DNA of 64,000 bases from Rebecca billardiae RCC1528 (taxonomy: Eukaryota > Protista > Haptophyta), in assembly GCA_965240325.2 (NCBI GenBank), contig OZ251231.1:2547988-2611987 (forward strand), read 5' to 3'. The notes below the pieces were generated by a model. The model saw nothing but the letters and a program-made list of their open reading frames with translations, did not search any database and was not told the DNA's origin. This document shows, piece by piece, positions 36,077 to 46,842 of the stretch (its first letter is position 1; each line of letters starts with the position of its first letter). A program made the translations under genes and the position numbers.

Positions 36077-36455
36077 GGCCGCCGCTCACCTTACACCTGC
36101 CGCAGCCTGGGTGGCAGGCGTACGCGAAGCGCGCGCGGCAGCTACCATAAGTTTAACAAAGACGATGTTCTTGAGGCGGATGTTGATGCGACATCGTTTC
36201 GATCACCGGATGAATTGGAGAATGCCGCCGACGAAATGCCGCGGCCGGTTCTCGGCTGCGCACCCAGCCAGTCGGCCGTCAAGTTTCAAGTTTGGGCCGT
36301 GGCGAGCGCCGAGTCACCCGAGTGGAGTGGCGGCGGCGCGCGCTACTGCATCATCACGGACAGACCGACCGCAATCTCGACGGAGTATCGACCGTCCAGT
36401 ACCTCCCGTAGGATACACAGGAGACCGGCTTCCCCGCGCCCCCCATTCCCGCCTC

Positions 36456-37208
36456 ATGGCAGCTCCACCTCCGACACCACGTCCCTTTCCGCCCGCGCTG
36501 CCACACGGTGAGCTGCGTGAGGTCCTCCCCAGCGTCTTCATCGTGACCGGCTCTATCCGCATCACGCCCGTGCGCTTCAGTCGCAACATGACCGTCATCC
36601 GTCAGGGCGATGGCCTGGTGCTGGTCAACACGGTGCGCTTGGACGAAGCCGGCTTGGCCGCCCTGGACGCTCTGGGACAGGTTCGCCACATTCTGCGCAT
36701 CGGCGGCTGGCATGGCAGCGACGACGCCTTCTACAAGGACCGCTACGGCTGCCCAGTCACCGCGGTGAGGGGGCAGACGTACTTTGAAGGCGGCAATCCC
36801 AAGAAGGGCCGCGTCTACTTCGAGGCCGACCACCTGATCTCCGCCGGCGACGAGCTGCCGATCGAGGGCGCGTCGCTCCACGTGGTGCACTCTGAGCCGC
36901 CTGAGGCGATCCTTCGCATCCCAGCTGGAGGCGGCTCCCTGGTCACGGCCGACGCCCTGATGCACTGGCCCCACGCCGATCGCTACTTCAGCCGCATCAG
37001 CGGCGTCCTCATGAAGCTCGGGGGCTTCATGAAGCCGTACACGATGATGCCGCCCTGGATCGAAAAGTACCGGCCACCCCGGGAGGAGGTGCGCGCCATC
37101 CTCGAGCTGGACTTTGAGAACGTGCTGCCGGGGCACGGCGAGGTGGTGATGGGTGGCGCGCGCGAGCGCTTCCGGCCGGCGATCGAGGCCTACGCCGCGG
37201 GAGGCTGA
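36456..37208 (+). CDS. Metallo-beta-lactamase-fold protein (DUF4336-like), intronless
   Basis: RNMTVIR...LVLVN, GWHGSDD, LVTADAL, FENVLPGHG. Confidence 0.72.
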   Translation: MAAPPPTPRPFPPALPHGELREVLPSVFIVTGSIRITPVRFSRNMTVIRQGDGLVLVNTVRLDEAGLAALDALGQVRHILRIGGWHGSDDAFYKDRYGCPVTAVRGQTYFEGGNPKKGRVYFEADHLISAGDELPIEGASLHVVHSEPPEAILRIPAGGGSLVTADALMHWPHADRYFSRISGVLMKLGGFMKPYTMMPPWIEKYRPPREEVRAILELDFENVLPGHGEVVMGGARERFRPAIEAYAAGG

Positions 37209-37936
37209 AGGCGCTGGCCCTGCTGGGTGATGACATCCGGCATCATCAGCAAGCAGCAGCTCGTGCCTCTAATCACCGCGCCTGAAATATAAAGGGCGGA
37301 AACGACGCACGTCTGAAATGACTCAAAATGAGACGACCGGGACTGCTGCATGTTGACTAAAGCGTGCCGAGCGGTGCCGTCAATCACGGCAGACTCAGCA
37401 GAGCATCAAACTCCGTCTGCGCGGCAGGCGCAGAGAGTGCCGAGAGGCCAGAGCTCAGACTCGGTCCGTCTGCGGTCTGACTCTCTGTCTCGTCGGCAGG
37501 CTTGTCCTTGATGAGTACTGTCTACTGAGAGTCAGAGATCCACTTGATGATAGTATATGCAGACGACTCTGCTGCTGATGCTTGCTCAGTGCGTGCACGT
37601 AATGACGTATCTCGGCGGTATATAGCCTATAATTATAGCAGACTATAGTCCGTATCACACGGTCACGGTAAGTGTAACGGTTCAGTCGTCAGTGTTACAT
37701 CAATCGCTCATTCAATCGGCGTCACATTATATGACATACATATATATATTTGATATATATATTTCACATCGCGTGGCAGTCGCTCACATCCGCGGATGTG
37801 CGACGTCCGTGCGCTTTTGCCGACGAAGGGCGGCAGCATGGCCAGCACTGGCGCGCGCGCCTCGGCGCTGCGCCGCCCGGCCCCTGCCGCAGCCCGTCGA
37901 TGAGACGGACGACGCGGCCGCTGCCGCTCGCTAGGC

Positions 37937-39523
37937 TCAGCTGAGCACGCACCGCTCCTCCGCATCACCCGGTGGCACCTGCTGCGGCTCGCCCTCCCAC
38001 GCGGGCGGGCGGATGGTCGCGTGGCCCTCGCGCTCAGCCCGCTTCGCGCGCTCGGCGATGGGCTCGTCGAGGATGAGCAGCTCGAGCTTGGGCACGAGTT
38101 GCACGCCGATCAGCGTGAACTGCACGCCTCCGCAGAGCACGCCCGAGCACAGCCGCGCGGCGGGCGTGTTGGCGTGCGAGTAGGGCGAGTTGCGCGTCGG
38201 CAGCCGGTCCCACGACAGCGAGCGCAGGTCGAGGCGCACGAGCGCCTCGTCGCGCGAGATGCGCTCGTTGCCGTGCCCGCCGAACACCACGAGGTAGTTG
38301 CCGTACCGCTCCGCGGCGAAGCGCATGCGCGCGGCCGGCAGGTAGCTCCCGGGCCGCCCAGCGCGCCAGCTGAACGAGCCGAGGTCGAGCGCGTGCGGCA
38401 GGAACGGCGCGGCCGGGCCGGAGGAGAAGACCTCGGTGTGCTCCTCGGTGCCGCCGAGCACGACGAGCTGCTCGCGCCCGTCCACGAGCGACGTGTGCGT
38501 CACCGCCACGTGCAGCGAGCGCCACGTCGGCACCGAGCCGCTGGTGGGCACGCGCGCCCACGCCCTCTGCTCCAGCTCCAGCACGTACACGTGCGCCGCG
38601 CGCCGCTCGCGGATGTGCTCAAACTCGGGGTCGGACTCGGGCATGTCGCCGCCAAAGACGACGACGCGCGAGCCGCCCGCGAACGCGCCGCAGTCGTGGT
38701 GCCAAATCGCGCGCGGCGCCTCGCCGCTCGCGCTCGCCTCGTGCCACCGCACGCGCGCGCCGTCCGCGCTCGCGAGCGCAAGTACCGTGAGCGTGTGCAG
38801 ACCGCCGCCGACCGGCTCGCGCGAGCCGGCGGGGTCGTCGTCGCAGCCGCCGAGCACGAGCGCGCACGGCGCGCTCGACGGCTCGTCCGCCCGCCGCGCG
38901 AGCCACGACGGCCGCGCGATCGCGCACGCCGCCGCGCGGATGCGGCGCGCGGGCTGCGCCGAGCCGGGCGCCAGCGTCGGCTCGATCAGCTTCGGGCCAG
39001 ACACGTCGACGAGCGAGACGTGGAGGTGGGCGAGGTCGCAGTGGCGACGCCAGCCGCCGACGATGGCAACGAAGTGGCCCAGGCCCGTCGCCGTGTGCCC
39101 CGTCGTGCACAGCAGGCGCTCCACGTCGTCGCGCGAGAGGTGCGCGAGGGCGCGCGGCCGCAGCGCGTTTGCGTGCGCCAGCCGCGAGCACTCCGTCGCG
39201 GCGCGGAAGAGCACGCGGTAGAAGTCGGCGCTGTCGGCGTCCATCGGGTTCGCGACGGGCGCGCCGTCCCCATCGTCGCCCGCGAAGCCCCACGCCGCGC
39301 GGTGCAGCTCCACGAGCGGCTCGCCGAGGTGGGCGGTCACGAGCTCCCGCCACACGTGCGTCGACGAGCGCACGAGCTGGTGGAGCTCGCGGCACGTGCC
39401 GCCGAGGGCGACGAGGTCTCGGCCAGGAAGAAGCGTGCACAGGTACAAGAAGACCTCGTCCGTGAGCGCATCCACCAGCGGGTTGCTGGCACAGATCGGC
39501 ACGAGGGCGTCGGTCGTCGTCAT
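37937..39523 (-). CDS. F-box/Kelch-repeat protein
   Basis: LTDEVFLYLCTLLPGRDLVALGGTCRELHQL (F-box); repeated GHTAT..IVGG, VVVFGG, LVVLGG and LVVFGG blades. Confidence 0.85.
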   Translation of the reverse strand: MTTTDALVPICASNPLVDALTDEVFLYLCTLLPGRDLVALGGTCRELHQLVRSSTHVWRELVTAHLGEPLVELHRAAWGFAGDDGDGAPVANPMDADSADFYRVLFRAATECSRLAHANALRPRALAHLSRDDVERLLCTTGHTATGLGHFVAIVGGWRRHCDLAHLHVSLVDVSGPKLIEPTLAPGSAQPARRIRAAACAIARPSWLARRADEPSSAPCALVLGGCDDDPAGSREPVGGGLHTLTVLALASADGARVRWHEASASGEAPRAIWHHDCGAFAGGSRVVVFGGDMPESDPEFEHIRERRAAHVYVLELEQRAWARVPTSGSVPTWRSLHVAVTHTSLVDGREQLVVLGGTEEHTEVFSSGPAAPFLPHALDLGSFSWRAGRPGSYLPAARMRFAAERYGNYLVVFGGHGNERISRDEALVRLDLRSLSWDRLPTRNSPYSHANTPAARLCSGVLCGGVQFTLIGVQLVPKLELLILDEPIAERAKRAEREGHATIRPPAWEGEPQQVPPGDAEERCVLS

Positions 39524-39676
39524 CGAATGTCGTGCGGGACAGGCGGCGCGTGCTGGCCGGGTGGGAGACGCCGACCGGAACGACGAACCGTCGCGCAGCT
39601 ATCGGTGTACGGCTCACGACTCAGATTCGGCCGCCATCATTGGATTTCAGCCTTGTTCGCGCCGTCGTCGTGCACG
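39524..39676. promoter_or_regulatory. Putative compact bidirectional promoter (F-box/Kelch gene / SETD7-like gene)
   Basis: 153 bp between divergent start codons. Confidence 0.55.
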
Positions 39677-42052
39677 ATGCCGCGCGGCACGGTACATCTT
39701 GCGCCGGGCGCGCGGTACGAGGGCGGGATGGACGAGGAGGGGCGGCGGTGTGGGCGCGGCACGCTGATTGTGCACGACGACGAGGCAGGCGCCGACACGT
39801 ACCTCACGGGCCTCTGGCGCGACGACGAGCTCGACGGCCCGGCGGTGTACACGGCGGCGGACGGCTGCACGGTGCACGGCACGTACACGCGCGGAGAGCT
39901 GCGGGGGCACGTGGTCGAGCTCTTCGCGGATGGCACGCTACACTTTGCCGGCAGATACGTCGATGGGGCGCGAGAGGGCTACGGCATCGAGCTGCGCGCG
40001 GACGGCGGCTGCCTCGAGGGCGAGTGGCGAGCGGGCGTAGCGCACGGCATGCGCTGCTGCTACCACTACCCGTGTGCCGACGGCGGCGCGCTCGTCGGCG
40101 AGTGGCGCGACGGCCAGGTGTTGCGCGCGCGCTACGTGCTCGTACCGCCCAGACCAGCCCCGACCGAGCCGCCGCCGAAGCGCATGCGCCCTGCAGCCGC
40201 GTGCCCGGCAGAGCCGCCGCTGCCGCACGCGGCGCTGCTCAACCCGAGCGCGAGCGCGCGCGCGCGCGCGGCCGCGGCGGGCGAGTACCCGAGCTTGGAC
40301 GAGCTGCCGCGCGCGGACCCGCGCGCGCATGCGTATGCGTATGGCCCCGGCACGGACGACGCGCTCCCGCCGTGGCCCCGCGTGCGCGACCCGCACGAGG
40401 CGGCGCGCGTCGCGTGCGCGCCCTCCGCCATCGACGGCGCCGGCCTCGGCCTCTTCGCCGTGCGCCCGCTGCCGCCCGGGGAGGTGGTGGCGTTCTTCGC
40501 GGGGATGCGCGTGAGCGCGGCCGAGGCGGCCGCGTGCAAGCCCGACGCGGTGAGCCACGCGCTCGAGCTCGACGACGAGACCGGCGTCCTCGTGCCTCAC
40601 GGCGCGTGCGCGCCCAGCGCCGAGCACGCCGCCGCCGCAGACGGCGCCGCGCGCGCGCGCGCGGCCGCAGGCGCCGCCGTCGCGTACGCGGCCTCGAGCG
40701 GGCACTGGGCCAACTTCTGCTTCTCGTCCAACGCGGTGTACGAGCCGTTCGAACACCCGCGCTTCGGGCTCATCGCGTGCGTGCGCGTACGCCGCGCGCC
40801 CGAGGGCGAGTCGGCGGGCGGTGGAGGCGCGCGCCCCGGCGTGCGCGCGGGCGCGGAGGTGACCGTGGACTACCCGCTTTACCCGGAGCACGCGCCGGAC
40901 GGGCTGCCGGCGTGGTTCCGCGCGTACGCGCACAGCCGCACGGAGGACGGGTACTACTTCCACCTGCGCATGACGCCCCCGCGCGAGCTCGCCAGCGTGC
41001 GCTCGGCGCACGCGCTCCACTCCACCGTGCGCGCGCTCGCGCACGGCCCATGGCGCGTGCTCCACCTGGGGCGCGTCGAGCAGGGCATGACGTACGTGCT
41101 CGGCGCTCGCGCGGCGGAGGGGGGCGAGGCGGCGGGCGGGGCGGGCGCGGACGCGGGCTGGTGCGAGCCCGCGGTCGTGGGCTTCGAGTACGTGCGCACC
41201 GCCGCCGTGGGCGCGCTGGGCTGCGGCGCGCTGTGGCGCGCGCCGGCCGGCTCGGCCGTGCTCGCAGTCGGCCTTGGCGCGGGCTCCCTGCCGCTCTTCC
41301 TGGCGCACCACCTGCCCTCGCTGCACGTGAGCGCCGTCGAGCTGGACGACGCGGTGACGGACATCGCGCGGCGCTGGCTGCGCAACCCGCTCCCGTTCCC
41401 CGTGCACTCCGCGGACGGCGCCGCGCACCTCGCCTCGCTGCTGCGCGCGCGCTCGCAGCCGGAGTGGCGCGCGCTCGCAGCCATCGTGCTGGATGCGTAC
41501 GATGCGCGCGGGCGCGTGCCGGAGCACCTGTGCACGCGCGAGTTCCTGGCGACGTGCGGCGCGCTGCTCGCGCCCGCGGGGCGCGTGCACCCCGCCGCAC
41601 CGCCGCCCGGCGGGGGCGGGGGCACCACGGGCGCGCGCGCGGCGCACGGCGCAGCGGCCGAGCGCGGCGGCGTGCTTGTGGCCAACGTCTTCAACGGCGC
41701 GCCGGGCTCGGCGGCGTGGGCGCGGCTGTGCGCCTTCGCGGCGGCGCTCGAGGCATGCGTCGGGCCTGTGTGCTGCCTGCAGGTGCACGGGCAGGAGATG
41801 AACCTCGTCTTGCTCGCCCGCTCGCACACGCGCCTGCCCGCGTGCGCAACGGACGCGGATGCGCGCGCGTGCGAGGAGGAGGCCAGGCTCGCGCACGCGG
41901 CCGCCACGGCGGAGCTGGGCGGTGAGCGCGCGCTCGATCCCGCCGCCCTCGCACTGCTCGAACGGCTCTCGCGCCCTGGCGCGGCGAGGCCGTGGCCGGC
42001 GCTCCTGCGCGACGCGGCATGGGCGCCTTGGGTGGAGACTGCCCTCACGTGA
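39677..42052 (+). CDS. SETD7-like (MORN repeats + SET) protein fused to a spermidine-synthase/METTL13-C-like class I methyltransferase domain
   Basis: MORN-like YEG..GRG and GEWR repeats; GAGLGLFA, GHWANFCF, HPRFG, EVTVDY; then VLAVGLGAGSLP, AVELD, ADG, IVLDAYD, GGVLVANV. Confidence 0.82.
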   Translation: MPRGTVHLAPGARYEGGMDEEGRRCGRGTLIVHDDEAGADTYLTGLWRDDELDGPAVYTAADGCTVHGTYTRGELRGHVVELFADGTLHFAGRYVDGAREGYGIELRADGGCLEGEWRAGVAHGMRCCYHYPCADGGALVGEWRDGQVLRARYVLVPPRPAPTEPPPKRMRPAAACPAEPPLPHAALLNPSASARARAAAAGEYPSLDELPRADPRAHAYAYGPGTDDALPPWPRVRDPHEAARVACAPSAIDGAGLGLFAVRPLPPGEVVAFFAGMRVSAAEAAACKPDAVSHALELDDETGVLVPHGACAPSAEHAAAADGAARARAAAGAAVAYAASSGHWANFCFSSNAVYEPFEHPRFGLIACVRVRRAPEGESAGGGGARPGVRAGAEVTVDYPLYPEHAPDGLPAWFRAYAHSRTEDGYYFHLRMTPPRELASVRSAHALHSTVRALAHGPWRVLHLGRVEQGMTYVLGARAAEGGEAAGGAGADAGWCEPAVVGFEYVRTAAVGALGCGALWRAPAGSAVLAVGLGAGSLPLFLAHHLPSLHVSAVELDDAVTDIARRWLRNPLPFPVHSADGAAHLASLLRARSQPEWRALAAIVLDAYDARGRVPEHLCTREFLATCGALLAPAGRVHPAAPPPGGGGGTTGARAAHGAAAERGGVLVANVFNGAPGSAAWARLCAFAAALEACVGPVCCLQVHGQEMNLVLLARSHTRLPACATDADARACEEEARLAHAAATAELGGERALDPAALALLERLSRPGAARPWPALLRDAAWAPWVETALT

Positions 42053-42402
42053 ACGCTGATTGTGCACGCAATCATACTACATCGATATCGCGGCGTGATA
42101 TCGCGTCGTCACTGCGTGCACAGGTAATCGTATCGATCGTCGTCATCACATCTTCGTCGCCCGCAGCAGCAGCTTGAGGCCATGAGCGCGCTGGAGCAGA
42201 CAGCGACGCAGTGTCCGCCGGCGTCGCTGCGTTACGAGTCGGCATATCAGTTATTTAAGGCTGCTATATATACGGTCGTATAGTTCGTCAAGTCAGCTCA
42301 CTGAAGCCCGCGGCCGCATAAGGGGCAAGGCCATGCAAGGGTACCGTTGGGTACGGTCAACGGTAGTCGGTACGGTCAGACTCAGAGCTCCCGGACGAGC
42401 TA

Positions 42403-42595
<193 letters not shown>

Positions 42596-43789
42596 TATTG
42601 TCAAGAAATATTCGGATTACTAGCTGCTGCTCTAGTTTATGTGTCAACTCTTATTCGTGACTAATAATCCGTCTTTTCGCACTCCGCTGTTGATCATCAT
42701 CGCTCCGCCGTCCAGCTCGACATCCGCAGCACGGCACTGCGCCAAGTTTACTACGCGACTTCCCACTTTGGCATTTTGCACCTTTATTGACACTACAGAG
42801 TCGGACATTCCATTCGTCATGCTGATATGCAGCAAAGTTCATCACGTCCGAACCATATCCCCTTTCATTCCTTTGTCCGAACAGTCACACTCTTCCCTTT
42901 CGATTTTATATTCATCGTCTTTGTCGATTACCTTGGGCCTCCAAGTTTTGCCCGCCAGCAGTTTAAGCGTCACGACTTTCCAGCTTCTTATTCTTCGAGT
43001 TATTTCTCGTACCACATTTTAATTTGTTCGGTACGTCTTTCTCTCGGGCATGCCTACCACACCCGAGCTCTCGACCTAATGCCGAAGGACCTCCCTATTT
43101 GATTCATCGGTCAAGAAGCTTCCGCCGGACAATTCCTACTCGTCGTCACGTACATTCACGACGTATGTCGAGAATATATATCTGGTTCACCGTTCGTCAA
43201 CGTTCCCGAACGGCTTACGCGCAATTTATCCCGTTGTTATTACGCACGTCAATTCGTCAGTTTTGTGCTGCACACCTGTTTTTACTTTTTCAGCAGACGG
43301 TTCGCACCTTTCCGCGCCCGCCCGAGATGCCGCGTGTGGGCACTTCATCGTTATTGCCTTTCGCCTTTTGCGCCTCAGTCCCGACTCACTCACTACTCTT
43401 ATATGACCCGAGCAACCGCGCGAGCCGCCGCGAGCGGTTCATCAGTGCCCGCCATCAGGCATCACCGCCCGTCGGGCCGGCGTCCGCCGCGTGACCGCGT
43501 CGTCGCCGTCGTCCGGCCCGGACGCTGTCACGTGCCTGACGCGCGCGCTAACCGAGTATCTGACATCTATATATATATAAGCAGCGCGCGTCATTCACGA
43601 CGACGCACCTGTGACATGATACACTCCACACGGCCGCAGCTCTGGGAATCACAGGCGCCGTCACTTATTGAGGCGCGCGCATACGCATCGGATGTGCATG
43701 CCGAGCACGTGCCGGTGGCCGCACTCGCGAGCCCAGCCGCTCGCCAGCGCAGACCGCTCGCGAGCCCCGGGCGCACGCGCCCGTATGCC

Positions 43790-44842
43790 CTAGCCCGTGG
43801 ACGCGCCAAGCTCGTTCGCGGCTCGCTGTGCAAAGTCGGGCGCCTCCTGCTGCAGCGCGGCCAGCACCTCCGGCAGCGGCAGCGAGACCGAGCCGCCCGG
43901 CTGCGTGAAGTGGCGCACGCTGCGCAGCGCAGCCTCGAAGGGGGGCAAGGGCGGCGCCACGTCGGCGGCCGCCTCGGCCTCCGCCGCCGCGCTCTCGTCA
44001 CCGCTCGCTTCGCCCTCCTGCGCGGCCTCCGCCGCCTCCGCCGCCTCCGCCGCCTCCGCCGCCTCTCCGCCGCCCGCCCGTGCGAGGATGGCTCTCACGC
44101 CCAGCGCAAGCGCGCGCGCACTCGGCTGCTGCCCGAGGTGCTCGAGCTGGAACCAGGCGCGTCGGGCCTGCATGTGGTTCTCCGCGTCCAGGCACGCCGC
44201 GAGCACGCGCTCGTACCTCTCCGGCTGCACGTGCGCCGCCGTCGCCGCGTCACTCGGCGAGAGCAGCCGCGTGGCGGCGCGCAGCTGGCCGAGGCCGAGC
44301 TTGGCATCGAGCGCGAGCGAGAGCGACTCGGCGCTGGTGAGGCCGAGGTAGCGCTGCACCTTGTACAGGCGCACGGCGTCGTGCCATTGCTCGCGCTCCA
44401 CAAGCGCCGCCATGAGCCCGCGCAGCTGCGCCTCCGTCGGCTGCAGCCCCCACCACTTGGTGCGCTCCAGCATCCCCACCAGCGCGCCAAACTCGCCCGT
44501 CCGGAGGGTCGCGTTGACGAGGAGGCCGGTGAAGTCGCGCGGGAGCGGCGCGAGGTCTTTGCGCGCGTAGAGCGCGTACGCGTTCGCGGCCACCAGGCTG
44601 TGCTCGGGCTCGTGGCACGCCTCGAGCAGCTTCATGAGGCGGGAGCGCTTGGGCGGACGCGTGGTGCGCTGCCACACCTCCAGCATCTCCTCGTACGCGC
44701 GCAGCGGCGGTACGTTGAGCGGCTCGGGCCACGTGGCGAGCCCGCGCGACGCGCACGACGCGCTCGCGGGCGCGCCGAGTGCGAGCGCGCCCCGCCAACA
44801 CACCGAGCTCGCGTGGACCACGCGCCGAGTCGTCGCCAGCAT
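43790..44842 (-). CDS. Putative mitochondrion-targeted PPR-like helical repeat protein
   Basis: Arg/Ala/Ser-rich, acid-free N-terminus; GLQPTEAQLRGLMAAL...AVRLY and YERVLAAC resemble PPR motifs. Confidence 0.6.
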   Translation of the reverse strand: MLATTRRVVHASSVCWRGALALGAPASASCASRGLATWPEPLNVPPLRAYEEMLEVWQRTTRPPKRSRLMKLLEACHEPEHSLVAANAYALYARKDLAPLPRDFTGLLVNATLRTGEFGALVGMLERTKWWGLQPTEAQLRGLMAALVEREQWHDAVRLYKVQRYLGLTSAESLSLALDAKLGLGQLRAATRLLSPSDAATAAHVQPERYERVLAACLDAENHMQARRAWFQLEHLGQQPSARALALGVRAILARAGGGEAAEAAEAAEAAEAAQEGEASGDESAAAEAEAAADVAPPLPPFEAALRSVRHFTQPGGSVSLPLPEVLAALQQEAPDFAQRAANELGASTG

Positions 44843-45391
44843 GGCTGAATTGCACGCCGAGACCGCGCGCGTGGCGTGGCGGCGAAAATCATCGTCAAGC
44901 ATTTTCTGCATATTATTTTATCCGCGCCGCTATTTGATTATTGCTGCTGATTGTTCAGCAGGGATTTCAGGCGAGATTGTGTCTGATGAGATTGACGCTG
45001 CCAGTGCCAACTGTCGTCTGTCACTGGCACCCATGAAGCCGATGGTACCATGGCCCCGTCGGAGATTCATTCAGCCGTCCGCCTGCGAGGCCTGGATGAA
45101 GGCAGCGGCCGCCTCGCGGCGCGCCAGCGCACATCGCCCTTACGAGTGCCCGGCACCGTCGCGTCCACAAATCATCGTTACATCGTCCGGGCGGCCCGGA
45201 AGTACCGTCTCCCGCTCCGCCACTGTCGCAGCGACAAGGTAAAAGAGCGACGCCAGTACTGCACTGTCGCAGCACACAGCCCATGAGGCCCGTCGCCGAC
45301 AGGCCGTGGCGCGATTGAGCGACGAGCGAGCACCACAGCCCGCAGCCGGCTCAGGACGTTGAGAACGGAACGACGGTGGGGAGGCGCGGCG

Positions 45392-46255
45392 TCACAACTC
45401 AGAGAGGCTGAGGAGCTGCGTTGTCGCCAGACCCGCGAGCGCGTGCTCAATCCGATCGATCTGCTCGCGGAACTGCGTGCGCCACGTGTCGGTCGGCGCC
45501 CCGTCCGCAGCGGCGCGCGCGCTGTCCAGGCTAGCACGCATGCGCGCCAGGTGCGCGCTCGGCGCCGCAGCGTCCGCATCCTCGACGAGCCCGCCAAAGT
45601 CCCACGCGCGCGGCCTGCCCGCCACGTCGCGCGCGCTCGTGCGCTCCGTGCCCGTGCCATCGCCATGGCTGCCGTCCGCCGCGGGCGCGTGGACCTCGAG
45701 CGTGCGCGTGCTCTCGGCCAGCCGCGCCTCGCTCTGCAGCACGGCTTGCGCGGCGTCGCGCTCGCGCCACGCCAGCTCGAGGTCCCAGCGCATGAGCTGC
45801 TCGCGCTCGCGCGCGCGTGCGGCGGTCTCCTTGGCGCGCTGCTCGAGCGCTGCGCTTTGCCGGCGCAGCTCCGCCGCCTCCATCTCCGCCTCCCGACGCG
45901 TCGTATCGGCCGCGTTGTGCGCAGCCTCGAGCAGCGTCGAGCGGATTGTCTGCTGGCGGAGGACGACGAACGCGCGCTCCTGCTCGCGCTCGAGCGCGCG
46001 CGCGTGCGCGGATCTGCTTTCCTCGAGCTGGCGCGACACCCGCTCCTCGCGCTGGAGCGCTGCGCGCAGTTTGTCGCCCACCTCGCCCATGCGGCCGGCG
46101 AGCAGCTCCTCAGGCACGTGGCCACCGGCCGCGCGTGAGATGGCGCTCATCTCGTCGGCGGACGTCTTCGCCGCGCGCTGCGTCTCACGCAGGCGCGCGC
46201 GGAGAGAGGACATGCGTGCATCGAAATCATCCGCGGCGGACCACACCCTGAGCAT
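45392..46255 (-). CDS. Uncharacterised coiled-coil protein
   Basis: 287-aa ATG-initiated ORF, E/R/A-rich helical sequence, coding codon bias. Confidence 0.7.
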   Translation of the reverse strand: MLRVWSAADDFDARMSSLRARLRETQRAAKTSADEMSAISRAAGGHVPEELLAGRMGEVGDKLRAALQREERVSRQLEESRSAHARALEREQERAFVVLRQQTIRSTLLEAAHNAADTTRREAEMEAAELRRQSAALEQRAKETAARAREREQLMRWDLELAWRERDAAQAVLQSEARLAESTRTLEVHAPAADGSHGDGTGTERTSARDVAGRPRAWDFGGLVEDADAAAPSAHLARMRASLDSARAAADGAPTDTWRTQFREQIDRIEHALAGLATTQLLSLSEL

Positions 46256-46842
46256 GCCTGCGGCGAGGGCGTGTCCTAGCGACGCGCGAGGCGACAGCCC
46301 AGCGTGGTGGAGGCGGCCGTGAGGTCCCGCTCCAAGAATTGTCGCGCCCAGAAGCGAGAAATCTGGCCCGGGCGGAGCGTTTCGCAGCGGCCGCGCCGAC
46401 AGAGTACTTCTGGCGGTTCACCGATCATTGCAATTCGTCGCGAATCCGCGAACTCGGATAGTGTTCGGAGGGGGGAAGATTCCATAGCCGCACATGATGA
46501 ATTGCAACTTCGCGGGCAGTCGCCGAGATCGAATAGCGAACTTGCTGAGATGAATAAGCGAAAAAGCCTGTGGACGATTCCCTTGATCCCATCGATCGCC
46601 TCCGGTCCGGGCCCACGCACGGCTCCGGGCCACTCGGCGAGCGCAGCATTTCGGGTGTGAGAAGGAGCGAAGTGGGCGATACGGGGGGCGCAAGCGCGCC
46701 TCTGGCCAGGAGCTGTTCACACGCGGGGCCTGGCTGCGCGTGGGCGGGTGTGTGAATCTGGGGGCTGTGCGAGCAGGTGAGACTGCGCCGCAGACGCTCC
46801 GCCTGCTCGCGTCCGACCAAGCGCAGCTCGCGCGGCGTCGCC

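Noticed and set aside
38021-39676. N-terminal part of the 1343-aa ORF
   Set aside because: Antisense to the F-box/Kelch gene; the MORN domain starts at ATG 39677
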